A DNA stretch of 64,000 nt from the NCBI GenBank assembly GCA_039545335.1, contig BCIN01000004.1:124001-188000 (forward strand), read 5' to 3'. The position numbers and the translations under genes are program-made. The notes below the pieces were generated by a model. It was not told the DNA's origin. It saw only the letters and a program-made list of their open reading frames with translations, and searched no databases. The stretch comes from Kondoa subrosea. Its lineage: Eukaryota. The first letter of the stretch is position 1, and each line of letters opens with the position of its first letter. Positions 22,909 through 39,270 of this stretch are shown here, in pieces.

Positions 22909-25900
22909 ATGCGCTTGTCGCCTGCTAGAATCTCGCCTGGCAAGCTCTACTTCGACCGCAAACAGTCTAGAGGCAACGAAGATGCCCAGCTTGCCGCTCT
23001 ATTGGATAACAATGGGCAAGAAAGTGATCTGCTTAAAGCCTTGAGGGCGGCTCAGCCAGACTCCCAATCTGCTCAAGAAACTCAATATCATCTGTACCTC
23101 GAACCAGGAACGCAGATTGTAGAGGAATTATGCTGGAAAGGCACTAAAGTCGTCTGGAGCAAAGCAAACGCTGTTTACAATGTCTTTGACTTTCAGAACG
23201 AGGGTACAGAAGGCGGCATTGTCATCAGAGCACTCTTTGCTTGGTTTGATCTATCTTCTTCTGCTGCTGCATCTTCTTCCGCAAGCAAGAAAGTGCGAGC
23301 TGGAACTACAAGCAAGACTCTGTTTGGTCCCTTCCATCATCCTGCTGACAAGCCCTGGTCCGATGAAAGGCAGCAAGATGGAGCCCGGTCTCAGCTACAA
23401 GTCAAACAGAAGTCGGAACGTGCTATCTGTGTTTGCTTGCGAGATCTGCTGCATCTGTATTTTCCAAGAACAGGAGAGACTTACGGCCTGCATCTTCCAT
23501 TTCTGATATCTTCAGCCAGACCTCTCGAGCACGGACTACTGATTGAAAGATCGCTTACAACAGCTGAAGCAGCATTAAATACGCCTAAGATGTACACTCT
23601 GACTGATCCTTACGACGAGTTCAGAAGCATCTCGACGTGTGACACTTTCGTTACTGAGCCCTTTAACAATTCTTCTGGCAAATTGCAAGTCGCGCCGCAA
23701 GGATCTTTTTCAAGCTTTCGTTCTCAAACTGAAACGGCTATCTACTGCTCTCGCGGCCAGAATGGCGAACCCAAGGTCCTCATCACATCTGATCTCAGCA
23801 CTTCTAAGATTAGTCTCTATCAATACAAGATCCTCGATCAGCCTCTACCTTCTTTATCCTCCTCGTTCACAACAAGTCCTCCTCAGCCAGAAGGAATGGA
23901 AGAAGACGATCTGTCTCAATTTGCTCCAGGTGATCCTCGAAGAGGTCTGGAAGATCTAAGAGCAAATACTACTCTGGCGTCGCATGCTGAGAAACGGACA
24001 AGGGGTGCAGCAATCGATCAAAGCATCAATATCGACCGGATGCCTTTGGATAGGGAACCCAGCATGCTGTTACCTAATACCGGAGCTGGTCATGCTGCTG
24101 GTCACACGAATGCAACAGCGGATGGGACACAGATTGAGCATGAGATGGATAATAGTCAAGATGATAGTACGAGCAAGAGCCTACTATGGCTACAGAAGGT
24201 CTGGGAGAGAAGTTTTGATCTGACACAGTCAGTCGTCTGCCGCTTTGTTCGTGTCAAAGCTAAGTTTTGCCGACAAGGGGTCCCTTTGAAGCACATTTAT
24301 TCGATTCTCGAAATGCGCACACGGTTTTGGCACTGCACGATACTTCCGCGAACGCTCTATATCTACTTCAGATCGAAACTTCTGGGCTTCAGATGAATGT
24401 TTCTGAGCTACGCCAGCTCGACGCTACATTCGCCGCGCCCGTGCTATCAACCAGACCTCAAGTTTACGATTTATTCTTACGCAAACTCGATGGCTCGCTG
24501 GCACTGCTTTCCGCAAATGCAGAAGAACGCCTTGTGCAAGGTCAGAGTGTTTCCGGCAGCAATTTATCCGCAGCGCTAGGATCCTCAGTGAAGATTTGTC
24601 AAGGTAACGACTCGAGGCAGCTAGATCTACAGCTCTGGTCCAAAGATCAGCTGACAAAGACTTGTTTGGAAACGCTATCTTCGGTTCTACCTTCCGAATC
24701 TTTTCTTCCAATTTACAATGCTGTGGTAGATGCACAATACACCAATGAGTTGGTGGCTTCCTCTTTTATCACCAACTTTTCTGCATTTTCTTCCGTGCTC
24801 GTCCAAAGCTTTCAGCAAAGACTAGACATCGAAGAGTCGACTTCTGAACCTCAAACAGCCTGGGACAAGCTGCAGGCGATGAGTAATTCCGCCATTAAGA
24901 GACAAAGTCAGGCATCTTCCTCTGCGCTTTCACCTGTCTCGCTAGGTGAAGCTGTTCATATTTCCTCTTTGCCCACTGAGCATTTGGAAGCTATTCTTCT
25001 GTCTCTACATCTGCTTTATGAAGATTCTCTACTCAAGTCCACAACATGGAATGAGGCAGTTTTACTTCAACCTTTGTTGAGTCGATTGGCGGCAAGTTTA
25101 GGCCAAGCTCGCTGGATTGACTATTACAGGCGAGACGGAGCCTCGATCGATGATGTTCGACCTCAAAGTAAGCAGGATAACGTATCACTTTATGCAAGTC
25201 TTATAATTTTCAATACAGCAGCAACCTCACTCCTTCCGCCTGAACCGCCGGATCTTCGCAAAACCCTCAATTCCCTCCTCAGTCGCAGATCGGACCACTC
25301 CTACCCATCACTTGATCTTCTCGCTACTCAAATCAGCGGCCACCCAGTCCTTTACTTTGGTCCAGTTGGACTATGTAACACGAGCCGAAAGCTTCTCGAA
25401 ATCTTTTCGCTGTGGCGACCTGAAAATACCAGCTTAACATCATCACAAAGAGCTCAAGACATTGTGCGGAAAGTCCACGATCTCGGATGGTCAGCAGCAT
25501 TCATCGAGAGTTTGGCTCCGGTTTTTGCACTGCCGATCAAAGAAGCTACGAGACATTGTTTGGCTTCGCCTCCATCAGACTGGTCGTCAAGCATGTATAC
25601 CTTGATTGGAAGACCAGATTTAGCCGTTCAAGTTGGAACAAGTACCGATCAAGAGCAGGTTAAGGCTAAAGTCAAGCGGGTGAGTGTCCTGGCTATAGCT
25701 TAGCTGTGATTCTGATAGTATTGTTGTGCTAGGCCACGCAAGCTTTCGACAACTTCTCAATCGGCGAGGCTTGTAATGTGCAGGTTCGCAAGAAAGGCAA
25801 TAGCAAGCAGGCTGGGATCCCAATTGTGGTCGACAACAAGAAGGCCTTTCCACTGCCAATCTTTATGGATAGGAGAGTCGAGGAGGTCATTCGGCTCTTC

Positions 25901-28746
25901 CAAACTCACAAGGTGACCGTAATAAAAATGGGCGATGCAAAGTGAGTACCGTTTCGACAGAGAGGTTTACTTCGGGCTGATCCTGAACTAGTGATCCTGG
26001 GACCAACGCTGATCATACTACTTTGGCAACTGCCGCTGTTGCCCGTGTTCTTTCAGTCCCGACGGGTTTGGCAGCCTTCACTTTCGGTACTCGCCCTCCA
26101 TTAACGACTGAGCACTCTGCTATTCCGGACATCAATGTCTCTGTCAAGATTGTGCCTCAAGGTGTGGCCGTTGAATTGGACATGGTACAATTGACCAAAG
26201 ACAAGCGATTCTGGGGCGACTTCCACCATGGTGTTGCGATTGCTCTTCAGCAGAGGGTATCTACAGACGTAGTGGACCCATCAAACATATCATTCAATCG
26301 ACCTAGTGAGCTGGACGCCAAACACGCCGGCTATCTACTCGGTCTAGGTTTGACTGGACAGCTTCGGTCAATGGCTTTGTTCCAAGCCTTCTCATACTTG
26401 GATCCGAAGCATGAATATACATCTATCGCGATGCTTCTCGGTCTCTCGATCGCTTTCATGGGTACTGCAGATCCCAAAGTAACGAATGTGTTGGCTGTTC
26501 ATCTCTCCGTTCTTCATCCTAGCAATTCGAGCGAACTCAATCTGACTCTCCTCACACAATGTGCTGGACTAATCGGACTCGGCTTCTTGTATCTTGGCAC
26601 TCACAATATGTACATGGGAGAAGCAATCTTGCGAGAATTGGGCAAGATGGTAGTACTCAATATGGAACAAGCTGAAACTTGCCGTGAATCTTATGCCTTA
26701 TCAGCTGGTATGGCATATGGTATGATTATGATGGGACATCAGAGCAAAGCTGGAGGCCCAGGAGATGCGTCAAATCTGCGAAAGTTGGCAAGTCTGATCG
26801 ATGGGACCGGTCAATATCCACTACCTGGGACAAAACGTGGTGCTGTTCCGGCGATAGATATCAATATTACAGGTCCAGCAGCCACATCTGCTCTGGCTCT
26901 TGGGTTCTTTAAAACAAACAGATCCGATGTTCTGGCAATGATTGAACTCCCTCGCACGCAAGATCGTTTGGACTTCATTCGGCCCGAGTTACTACTGATG
27001 CGAACCATTGCTCGGTGTATGATCACCTTCGATTCGGTTAGCGCAACAGAAGCTTTCATCTCGAGTTCAATTCCCAAATTCATCAGTGACGCAATGCACA
27101 AGCAAGCTTTTAGTTCCGTTGCTGTAGAGTTGGATATTGAGAACGCCTATTGGAATATCGTTTGCGGAGTCTGCTTTGTGATCGCTCTCAAGTATGCTGG
27201 AACTGCTTCGTATGAAGTCCATCAGCTGCTTCTGCATTACGTGGACACTCTTCTGCGAAATACTTCGATGAAGGGTAAGTCGCATTTGCGGTAGCTATGG
27301 AGGTTGCTCATATTCTGTATAGCATCTTCTCTCCAGCAGAAACAGCGGCGCTTTACTCTGCGGAACGCCTTTTCCATCATTACCCTCTCGCTCTCGATGG
27401 TATTTGCTGGAACGGGTGAGCTACAGATCTTCCGACGACTCAGGTCGCAATACGGAAAGATTACGGAAGGCTACGATTATGGCTCTCATTTGGCAAACAA
27501 TCTAGCAATCGGCCTACTCTTCCTGGGCGGCGGCAAGTACACATTATCAACTTCTCCCGCAGCTATAGCTGCCATGTATTGCGCTTTCTATCCTTCTTTC
27601 CCATCTCATGCGGGCGATAACCGCAGTCACATTCAAGCAGCCCGTCATGTTTGGGTATTGGCAGCAGAGCCGCGTTGCCTAGTAGCACGAGACATCGACT
27701 CTGGACAAATTGTGCACATGCCCTTGAAGCTGCGGACTTTCGAACCGGCAACGGGCGATGTTCGCTCAACCAAGATGACGGCACCAACTCTGTTCCAAGA
27801 GATCAGCCGACTCCACTCCATCAAAGTCGATAGCGCTCGATACTGGCCGGTAACACTCCAGATCGCAGAGAATGAAGATCACCGAGAAAGCTTTATTCGC
27901 TCGCAAACTATCTTTGTCAAGCGTCACGCGGGCAAATTAGACTACTCGCAAGATGCAAAGGGTGTCAGAGGGATGACATCGAGATCTGGTGCAGAAGCTG
28001 GAGCAACGGTCTCCGATCTGGGAGCAACTGCCCTGCTCATGCGATCCGATAACTCAACTTTACAGGGCGTCGTAGCTTCTTTCTCGGACGATCCGGTAGC
28101 TTCAGCTATAGTTCAATACTTGACTCCATCTTCAATATCAAGTGTGGAGGGAGAAGAAGCCCTGTTTGAAGCGTTCTCGTCTACGGTTCTTCTAGAATGC
28201 CTGAAAGAAGACAAGACCGATATAAGTAGTCTCTACTTCACGCTTTTCGCATTTGCAGGATATCAGAATCCTGTCTATGGCTTGCATCATCTTCAGAATC
28301 TCATTTCAGTCATTGGCTTCTACGCCAGTTCTACCTGGTCCAAACTCTTCGGCAACGATGTCGCAGAAGCCAGATCACCATTGATCACGAGATCGTTTAT
28401 CGATCATCTTCAATACCTTCTAGCGAAGCGTTTGGCTGCTTCTCTCACAACTGAACAGATAGAACACCTTCACAAATATCTAGAACATGGCACTTTCCCA
28501 GCATCAGCAGACCTGGCCAAGCTCTTACTTCTTCTTGATTGTCCGCCCCGACATATCGCATCGCAATTACAATCCCTTGTGAAGTCAGCTTCAAGTATTG
28601 TATTAAAACCTGAAGAAACGAGGGAAGAGCGAGCCAAATCGATCAACATGGTGCTCAACAGGACATTACAATCTTTGGCACGCCCAATGGGAACAGAAAG
28701 TCGAGCACAATTGACGGAGCTCATGATGCAGGCTTGGGCGAAATGA
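22909..28746 (+). CDS. APC1: Anaphase-promoting complex subunit 1
   Basis: EELCWKG..VVWS N-terminus, FHHGVA, HAGYLLGLGLTGQL, RESYALSAG, LDFIRPELLLMRTIAR, YGSHLANNLAIGLLFLGGG, DNRSHIQAARHVWVLAAEPRCLVARD. Confidence 0.93.
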
Positions 28747-28796
28747 AGGGGCCGATTGTACGAAAATTATAACGAATTGTAAAATAGAATGCATTG

Positions 28797-30616
<1,820 letters not shown>

Positions 30617-30761
30617 TCAATGATTCGAAGGATATATATACGTATTGTTAGACTAATCAATAGCGTGTCATCTTCCCTTACTCAATCCGCTGCCTTCCTA
30701 TGTAAAAGCTAGAATCAAAAGTCAAGTTCAGTCTTCCGATCATCTTCCCCCTTCTACAAGC

Positions 30762-33095
30762 CTACTTCGGATACGGTAAAGTACGTACAGAAGCCAACAC
30801 CATGCCCTGTAACTGTAGAGGCAGTACAACGAGGTACATGAGCGGAACGAAATAGCTTTGAAGCATTTCCGCATCTCTTGCAATAGTAGCAAATACATCC
30901 GGTGCCATCTTCTGCACTGCAATTTGTAGCATAGGAGGTGAAGTAGCCAATAAGACTAATATTTGTAAACTGGAGATGAAGATGTTCTTCCGCGGTCCAA
31001 GAAGAAGTAATGGTAATCCGACCAAGATGCCAATAAAGGTTGCTAAGCTGAAATTAAGGACTGCAATAATACAGATGATCATTCCTGCTAAGATGAGATT
31101 GAAAGCCTTGAGTGTGTCGAAAGTTACTGATGGTAAGCTTGTGCCTGATATGATGCAGATCAAGATGCAGGACAGGATAGCGAAGATAGATGTCGTATTC
31201 TGTTCCATCCAGTCAGACTATTCCCACATGAGAAGTAAAAGAACATACTGAGACCAAATCTGAGCAGCTATAAGCCATCACGCCAAGTATTTGGGAAAAG
31301 AGCACCACCAATCCAGTCCAACCAAAAGGTCTTTTGACCTTATTATCGAATAGTGACGCCCAAATCGCTAGACCTTTGACATTGAGCGCAATACCAACCA
31401 AAAGTGGTGCAGCTAGGTAATTCGGTAAAGCAATGACTTTGCGAGGTGAAGCCAGCAAATAGAGAAAAACTGAAGCATGAAACCTTTCGATAAGATTGTT
31501 CAGGGCCCGAAGTGTGCTTTCGATGGTCCTATCGCACAGCATGAGTAGTGCTCGATCTTTAATAGCAGAAGAGACATACTTTCCCATTGCATGAAATCCA
31601 TGCGGTCCTTCAGCTGGAACAGCATACAAAGCAATTGCATCAATCCGGAATCTATCAAACTATCCATCAATCCTAATCATATCAGTGAATTATTCTCTCA
31701 CCTGGCATAAACCCCTTCAGGACCACTCGGACTACCCAAACTTTGCTTTTTAACCAATTCCCAAATATTTTTAGCACTCAATTCATATTCTTTCACTTTG
31801 ATATGATCCAACAAAGGTAAATTTGGGTAAGCGTCTCCTCTATATTCATCTGGTACGTTGTGTAATCGGACTGGAACGTTACCCGTCCATCTTGCGATAT
31901 GAGCTACGGAATTGATATAGTCTATATTGGGTAATAAGCCATTTACTGCCTCTATTGTCTCTCTTTCTTGAGCTTTTTACTACGCGATGTAGTGAGGCAA
32001 GGACGAACCGAAAAAGATTCCAATGTGCGAGAATGAATGATAAGGGTAATCGACATGTAGTGCAGCCCAAATAGAGCCAGTCTTCAACGTAAGCGGCTGA
32101 CTTATCAAATCTGATAAGAATAGTCAGTGTGATGAGCAGGTCAAGATGTAAAAAAACGGACTGCTTTGAGGTTCTTCATGGTAAGCGTTAATCCATGCAT
32201 GAGCTCCAGAAGTATAGCCATCTGATATCAGGAAGATAATATCTTTCGACCAAACGGATAGCTCTGATCAGACAGGAATCAGAACGCGATATTCATGAGC
32301 CAGTAGGACCGACTTTGGGTATGTCGAGCCATTGCTAAAACGCTAGCTATCCCTCTGACGTTCACTTGCTCTTCCTCAGCTCTGGTAGACCAAGAAGCAG
32401 CTACGACAAGAGCTTCCGCTCCATCTGTTTTTGGTGCTCGCATTATAGCATAAACATTCGTTCCTTCGGTTGGCTAACATTGATCAGCATGAAAGGAAGA
32501 GATCGATATTTGAAGCTCACCTCTGTTGAATTTGAAATAGTATAAGAGTAAGATTGAGTAGCTGTTGGCAGACCTGCTGCTTGAAAAACTTTAGCAATCG
32601 CTTGTGCTCGTCTAAGCTATCAATCAGCTAGCTGCAGAGCTGTAAGAATGATCAAAGACATACTCTGTATGATTCAGAGTAGACCATGATCTGATCTTCG
32701 GGTCTAACTTGTCTGCTGCATTAACTTCCGCCCAAGTCCAATACGTGCTGACCTACTCTCATAATCAGCCTAGATATGGTTCAGGAAGGATAAGACGTAC
32801 TTGACCAGGCTGGATGGCATTCTCATCTACTCTAGTATTGCCATGTAAGAGGTCTAGGGGAATCAACAAAAGATATAAGTAGCCCAGAAACAATAGCAGA
32901 TGACTATTCCACGAGTCTCAGGAAAGAATATAGGATGAAGAGAGAGTGAACGAGGAAAGACCTGATGAAGTGTAGTCTGGGCAGCAGCAAATCCGTAATG
33001 CGTTTGTTCCGTCTCAAGCTCTTGACCAGCGCTGCCTGTCTTCCCTCTTTAGTCTTGGGTGCTCTCCAGTCTTGTATGGTTCTAATCAAGCCCAT
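30762..33095 (-). CDS. GAA1: GPI transamidase component Gaa1
   Basis: VDENAIQPGQV, NVYAIMRAPKTDGAEALVVAASW, WSKDIIF, NGLLPNIDYIN, ESTLRALNNLIERFHAS, C-terminal TM helices. Confidence 0.9.
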
Positions 33096-33177
33096 CTAAG
33101 GCCTTCCTTGTTCGAGGGTTTCGTTCAACTCAATATGACGAAGTCGCTGTATGTTGCGAACAACCGTCATCAGAGCA

Positions 33178-34419
33178 ATGTCAACCTATTCGAAAGAGAA
33201 AGATGTGGCCATCTCTGCTGTTCTTAAAGCATGCTTCGTCGCTCGCTCAGTTCAGCATCGTCTGATAAATGAAGAGACCGCAACTAAATCTGATAAATCA
33301 CCAGTTACTGGTCTGTTGTTGTAACCCTTATTTGCGTGTTCTTCGATCTCAAATCAAGCTGCTTTTCTGGATCACAGTTGCTGATTATACAGCTCAAGCA
33401 TTAATCTCTAAACTCATATTCGCACATTTCCCAAACTATGCTTTGATTGGTGAAGAAGATTCAGCTGATCTTAAATCAGAAGAACAAACTCCATTAAGGG
33501 AGAAGATTGTTGAATTAGCCAACGAAGCTTTAAAAGAATCTTTACCTGTTCAAGAAGATGAAGAACGTTGGTCTATACTAGGATCCTCAAAACAATTCTC
33601 AAGTCAAGATTGGTTGAATGCTATTGATAAAGGTGATGCTACAAGTACTGAAAGTGGGAAAGTTTGGGCTTTGGATCCGATTGATGGAACAAAAGGTTTC
33701 TTGAGGAAAGGTCAATACGCTGTTTGTCTAGCTTTGTTGCAAGATGGGAAACCTGTACTTGGTGTTATGGGTTGTCCAAATTTACCTGTGGACTACGAGA
33801 ACCCTGAAGGAGCAAAAGGAGTAGTCTTTATTGCTGAAAAAGGTCAAGGAGCTTTCCAGGTTAGTCCCTTCCCTTAACCATTGTCATCATAATAGCTAAC
33901 ACAACTAATAGAGATCATTCGATTCTGCCGAACTCAAGCCAATCAAAATGTCTGAACTCACTTCCATGTCCTCAGCCAAATTCTGCGAATCAGTAGAAGC
34001 AGCGCATTCAGATCAATCCACTACATCTAAAATCGCTTCACAATTAGGTATAACAGCTGCACCTGTTCGTATGGACTCTCAAGCCAAATATTGTTCAGTC
34101 GCAAGAGGTGATGGAGATATTTACCTTCGTTTACCTGTAGGGAAAACATATGTTGAGAAGATTTGGGTGAGCTCTTTTTCTTTTTGATCTTACTAAATTT
34201 GTGCTCATAATGGAATAGGACCATGCTTCGGGAGTTATATTAGTACAAGAAGCAGGAGGAAACGTATCGGACGTTAATGGCAAAGAACTGGATTTCTCGC
34301 TTGGAAGAACACTGAAAGCTAATTCCGGTATTGTCGTCTCTAACAAAGACGTGTTTGAACAAGTCATTGGCGCTGTCATGCAAGCGAGGCAGGATATTGG
34401 ATTGTTGGCAAAGGCATAG
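33178..34419 (+). CDS. MET22: 3'(2'),5'-bisphosphate nucleotidase (Met22/Hal2)
   Basis: KSDKSPVTVADY, GEED, WALDPIDGTKGFLRKGQYAVCLAL, MDSQAKY, EKIWDHASG. Confidence 0.95.
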
Positions 34420-34592
34420 CATTGAAGAAGGTCAAACATACAAAAGCACTTTATCAAATTGTTCTCAATTCATCACGAGCATCTATTTATTGTTCGAGTC
34501 TCTTGTTGTACAGTACTTGGTGTAATACTAGACTCCTTCATGCACGATCCTAAATTAAAGTGTACCTCTTCTTCGAAAGCAACGAGCTAGAA

Positions 34593-36873
34593 ATGTCTGA
34601 TACCATTCAATACGAACCTGAGAAGGAATATGACAGTGACGATGAAGATGCTCCTCAACAGCTATCGCCAGAAGGTGCGCAAAATAGCATGACTCTTCAG
34701 CTGTTATACACAAAATGCCTAAATTCATTGTGTGATTAGAACGGGCTGCAGCCCAGCAAAGAGCTCAAGAAGCTGCTCAATTAGCAGCAGAAAATGCAGC
34801 TGCTTTAGATCAAGTGCCAGATCCAGTCAAGAAAGTGTGTTCTCTCGCTCTTCATAACTTGATATGCCTTTTTTGTGTTCATGCTGTATAATGTGTTGTT
34901 TGCTTAGTTTATCATTCGTCTACATCAAGCTTTGTCAAATGGAAATATCAGCGAGATTGGAACTTTGTACGAGAGAGGTTACACTACTTTGTCAAACGAA
35001 TTTTACAAGGCTGAAGAATGGCCAAGAGCTGAAGTTGTCGCTTCGCTAGTCAGGAATGGTCAGTCGCGTGGACCATATGTGATCTATTACAGAGCTGATA
35101 TGGGTTATTAAATCTGTAGATGAAGTCTTTTTGACTTTCTATCGGTCAGCATGCATTGGGACGAAATGTGTTTATAAAGCTCATATTGTCCTCTGTGCGT
35201 GTTACAGAGAGCTCTACTTCCGTCACCTCTACTCTCGCTTCGCAGCTAACCTGGATATCGACGATCGCTTCGACTCGTATGAGAACTACTGCAACCTCTT
35301 CAACTATGTCTTGAACTCTGAAGGACCTGTACCAATCGATTTACCCACTCAATGGCTATGGGATATCGTAGACGAGTTCATCTGGCAATTTGGCGCTTTC
35401 TCGGCTTGTTTGTCAATTGGCATCAATTTGTGTGTATCACTTATATTGTGCAATAGGGCGAAGCAAGACTAAGGACAAGACAGAAGATGAGATTATGCTT
35501 TTGGAAGAATCGCCTCAAGTTTGGTCATGCTACTCAGTCCTCAACGTGTTGTACTCTTTAGTACAAAAATCTAGAATCCAAGATATCCTTCGCCCTTCTT
35601 CAACCGAAGCACCAGAAGTCAATGAATACGCTGGCAAGAATCTATACAAGATGTTGGGCTACTTTTCTATTCTCGGACTGCTTCGCGTTCATGTTCTGTT
35701 GGGCGATTATACTCTTGCTTTGAAATGTTTGGACGATATTGGAGATCTCAAAACTATGGTCAACCCTGCAACTCGATTCCATACAGTACATGCAGCTCAT
35801 GTTGCCGTCTTCTACTATGTTGGATTTGCGTACTTGATGATGCAAAGATGGAACGATGCGGTTGAAGTTCTGGGTAGAGGTATTGGGCATTTCTACAAGA
35901 ACAGGAGATTTACTTTTGGTGCTGATCAGGTACGTATACTAAGTGATCTTCCGCAAGTCAGAAAGCTGATAGAAACATATCTGTTACCGCCGCTCAGGTA
36001 TCCAAGTCTGTGGATCGAATGCTCGCTTTGGTCGCTATAGCTCACTCTCTCGCGCCTTATACCAAGTTGGACGATTGGGTGAAACAAGGCATCTCTGACA
36101 AATACGGAGAGCAAGCGAACAAGATGTACCGTGGTGCTTCTTCCTCTTCGACAACCGGAACTCAAGAGATTCTAGAAGTGTACGAAGATCTTTTCGTTCG
36201 CTCTTGCCCTAAATTCATCAGTCCTGCTCCGCCTCTTCTCACTTTACCTGAAAATGGTGAAGCACCAATCCAACCTAACGTTATTGATCCTACTAAACAT
36301 CAAGCTAACCTTTTCCTTTCCGATGTGAAATCATTGTTGGTCGTACCGGATATGAAATCTTTCCTCAAACTATACACTTCGCTTGGAACAGAGAAACTAG
36401 CGCAATTATTGAACAGGAATGAAGAGGATGTAATTCAAGAATTGGCGGTAGTGAAAGGAGCTACGAGAGTTACACAATGGCCTGGTGGAGGTGTTGGTCT
36501 TTTAGAGGGAGAAGTTGAGAATGTTGGTGAAGTGCAGTTTGTCATTCAAGATAGCACGGTCAGCATTACGGAAAGCAAGAAGAGCAATCCAGTTGCCGAT
36601 TATTTCCTACGAAAGTACGTAGCCTCGTTCGCTAGTGGCGGGATATGGAAAAGTAGCTTATTATTTGGTTTGGTGAACAGGAGTATCAAGGCAAGAGAAC
36701 AGGTTGACGCTTTGCGTTCAAGGCCTTTACCTGTTTCAGCTAATAAAACTGCACCTCAGCAAGCAACCGCCAACACTTCAATGCCTTCAATGACTTCTCG
36801 TCAATCTTATGCTACACCCGGAGCAAACCAAGCATCTAAAAAGACCGTAGTCTGGTCAGCAGTAGCAGCTTAA
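34593..36873 (+). CDS. Eukaryotic translation initiation factor 3 subunit L
   Basis: [72 protein letters not shown]. Confidence 0.92.
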
Positions 36874-37269
36874 ATGTATGTATTAGAGTTGGGCATTTGA
36901 GTTGGATAGACGAGACGAGTAGAATGCATTGTGAGCTGTTTCGGCCAGCAAGAGTTTTCTCAAGAGTCGCTTTGTCTCGCGAGCCTTGCCTGAATTCATA
37001 TTTCTCTCTTGTTCCCCGGCTTGTTCTTCTCTCTCATCTCTTATCTTTCTTCTTATCTTTGCATGCATCGAATAACATCGATCTATGTCTTCGGACAGTC
37101 GGGAGATCTTGGTTTACTCATGACAACGAGTTCAAGAGCCATAGATATTCAGTGCTATAGAGACAGTTTGGAAATGTGAAGGAGTTTTAAAGCACAGAGC
37201 AACATGATATCTATGACAATACAGCGCAGAATTTACTCTTCCAGCCCAACCCAACCCGCAACATACATC

Positions 37270-38930
37270 TCAATCCCGCGGTACAATAGCTAAAGGACAA
37301 CTCGTGATGCCTAATTCTGGCATAAGAGCAAACGAAACAGGCCCATCGAGCTTGAACGATTTGGTATTGCTGAGCAGTACTACATATAGGGAAGCAAATG
37401 AGCTCAACCTCATTGTCGATCAATTTGTCTTGCCTCTCAATGCTACTTGTAAAGACATTCTAGCCAGCGGCATTCCAGCACAACGATGTCTTCCTCGACC
37501 AAAGCCCAGATGCGCGGTGATATTTGGTCTGTTAATAATGAATTCGTCTGGGTCCTCGAAAACAGTCGGATCTCGATTAGCAGCTGCGTAAGTCATGGTA
37601 ATCGGTTCGCCTGGTTGTACCAGTTTGTCGTGAATGAGCGTTACCTTTGAAAGCGTCCGAGCGAAACCACGATATGGAGAGTAGAGTCGGACGAATTCTT
37701 CAACGGCTGCTTCAATGAGAGAAGGATCTGATCGAAGTTGCTCTTGTAGTTCTGGATGTTCAGATAGATGCTGATAGATTGAGCCTAGGATGATGAGTGG
37801 AGCCTTGTTTTAAGGTAAGGATCCGCACATATAGTCAAACTCGAAGAGGTGAACTTACGACCATGCCGACTCTGTTGCAGTGAAGAAGGACATAATGAGC
37901 GAAAGTAGTTGCTATTCAAGAGACTCATGACATACACAAGACTTTGTCTGATACAGCCGATCAAATGTGTTTCGTTCAGAGGTTCTCCCTTCACACGTTC
38001 CGATAGCAAAGAACTCGCTGGATCTTCTTCTGGATCCCTTGGGTGCTGTCGCCGATCATCGAACAGATCTGTAGCCAATTTGTACAGATGCTGACTGTAT
38101 CGAGTGACGTCTTCGCCTCGCTGATCTCTCCAGGCAACGACCCAATTCGAAGCAGTTTCGGCTAATTCAGGCGCAACCGTTTCATCGAGGCTGCAAATGC
38201 GTATCAGTGAGTATATACATTGTCATACAGCCGTCTCACTTCAACCAAAGAGCTTCCACATGAGCCGAAAAGATAGCACCAAAGCCCGAACATATATCGG
38301 TGTTGTCACTAGCTAGGTAGCGCTGGAGCTCTCGTTCGCCTAGACGTTCGAGTTGGGCTTCAAGACGCTTGATTCGCGCAGGCTTGATGGTGCGTTCCAG
38401 AGCTCGACGATACTGGCAAAGACTCGTGAGCTGGTCGAAGGAGACAGCAATTTCGCTGGCACCTCACGGGCGTATGATCGGGAGCGTCAAAATTCAGAGG
38501 AGCTCTTCGTAATCCCCTTGGATCAGAAGGGACAACACTGTGGTAGAATCAGCAACGGCAAGTTACTACAACAAACGGGAACTTACGCCTTGACAGATGA
38601 AATGAACAACTCCGGATTGTTTGCAGCATTCTTAATGTCTTCATAGCGAGTCAGAGTGTAGTAGCCGTTGTACGCCGATGTGTAAGCCATCGGACAGCGC
38701 TAGGTAGCTGTGTTCAGCGGTTCCGCGAAGCCTGATTCTCGATAAACCTACCATGCGAAGCTCATCATATTGCTTTCGAATCTCCATTGGACTGCGTTAC
38801 AGATTGATTATTAGCTGCCCGAATCATAAGACAGGGTCAAAGACAGACTCGTCCAAAGCCAAAACATCGAAGTCATCCTGCCTGAATGTTGCGGCATGAG
38901 GACAACCTGAGGTCGCAGCGCTAGATTCCT
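37270..38930 (-). CDS. Cytochrome P450 with bacterial-like features and no obvious membrane anchor (start not resolved)
   Basis: HLGFGRGRHRCAG heme motif, AVEEFVRLYSPYRGFART (ExxR), YAAANRDPTVFEDPDEFI, PSDPRGLRRAPLNFDAPDH. Confidence 0.85.
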
Positions 38931-39270
38931 AAGTCTTCAGATCGTGACTCTGAGCTGAGCATCCAATGACACACACCTCGAATTTTCAACCTTTGCGAAA
39001 TTCGACACAACCAACATACCTAGCTGACCTGCTTGTTGCTCGCAATCCTCATAGCATAGCAGTGCATCCGGCGCTTAAAAAACGGCCCTTAAACGGCTCC
39101 TTCGCATGGCTCTCATATTGAGACAACAAGGGGTACTTTTCGGAAACCTTGCTTAATGCCACTCTGGCCGTAACAGATTGCGGGGGATACAGTGCTTCTC
39201 TCTCTAAATACAATCATTCTCTCTATATTTTCGTTACTCCTCTTCTCCTCTCTGCTATACTTCTGAAAAG

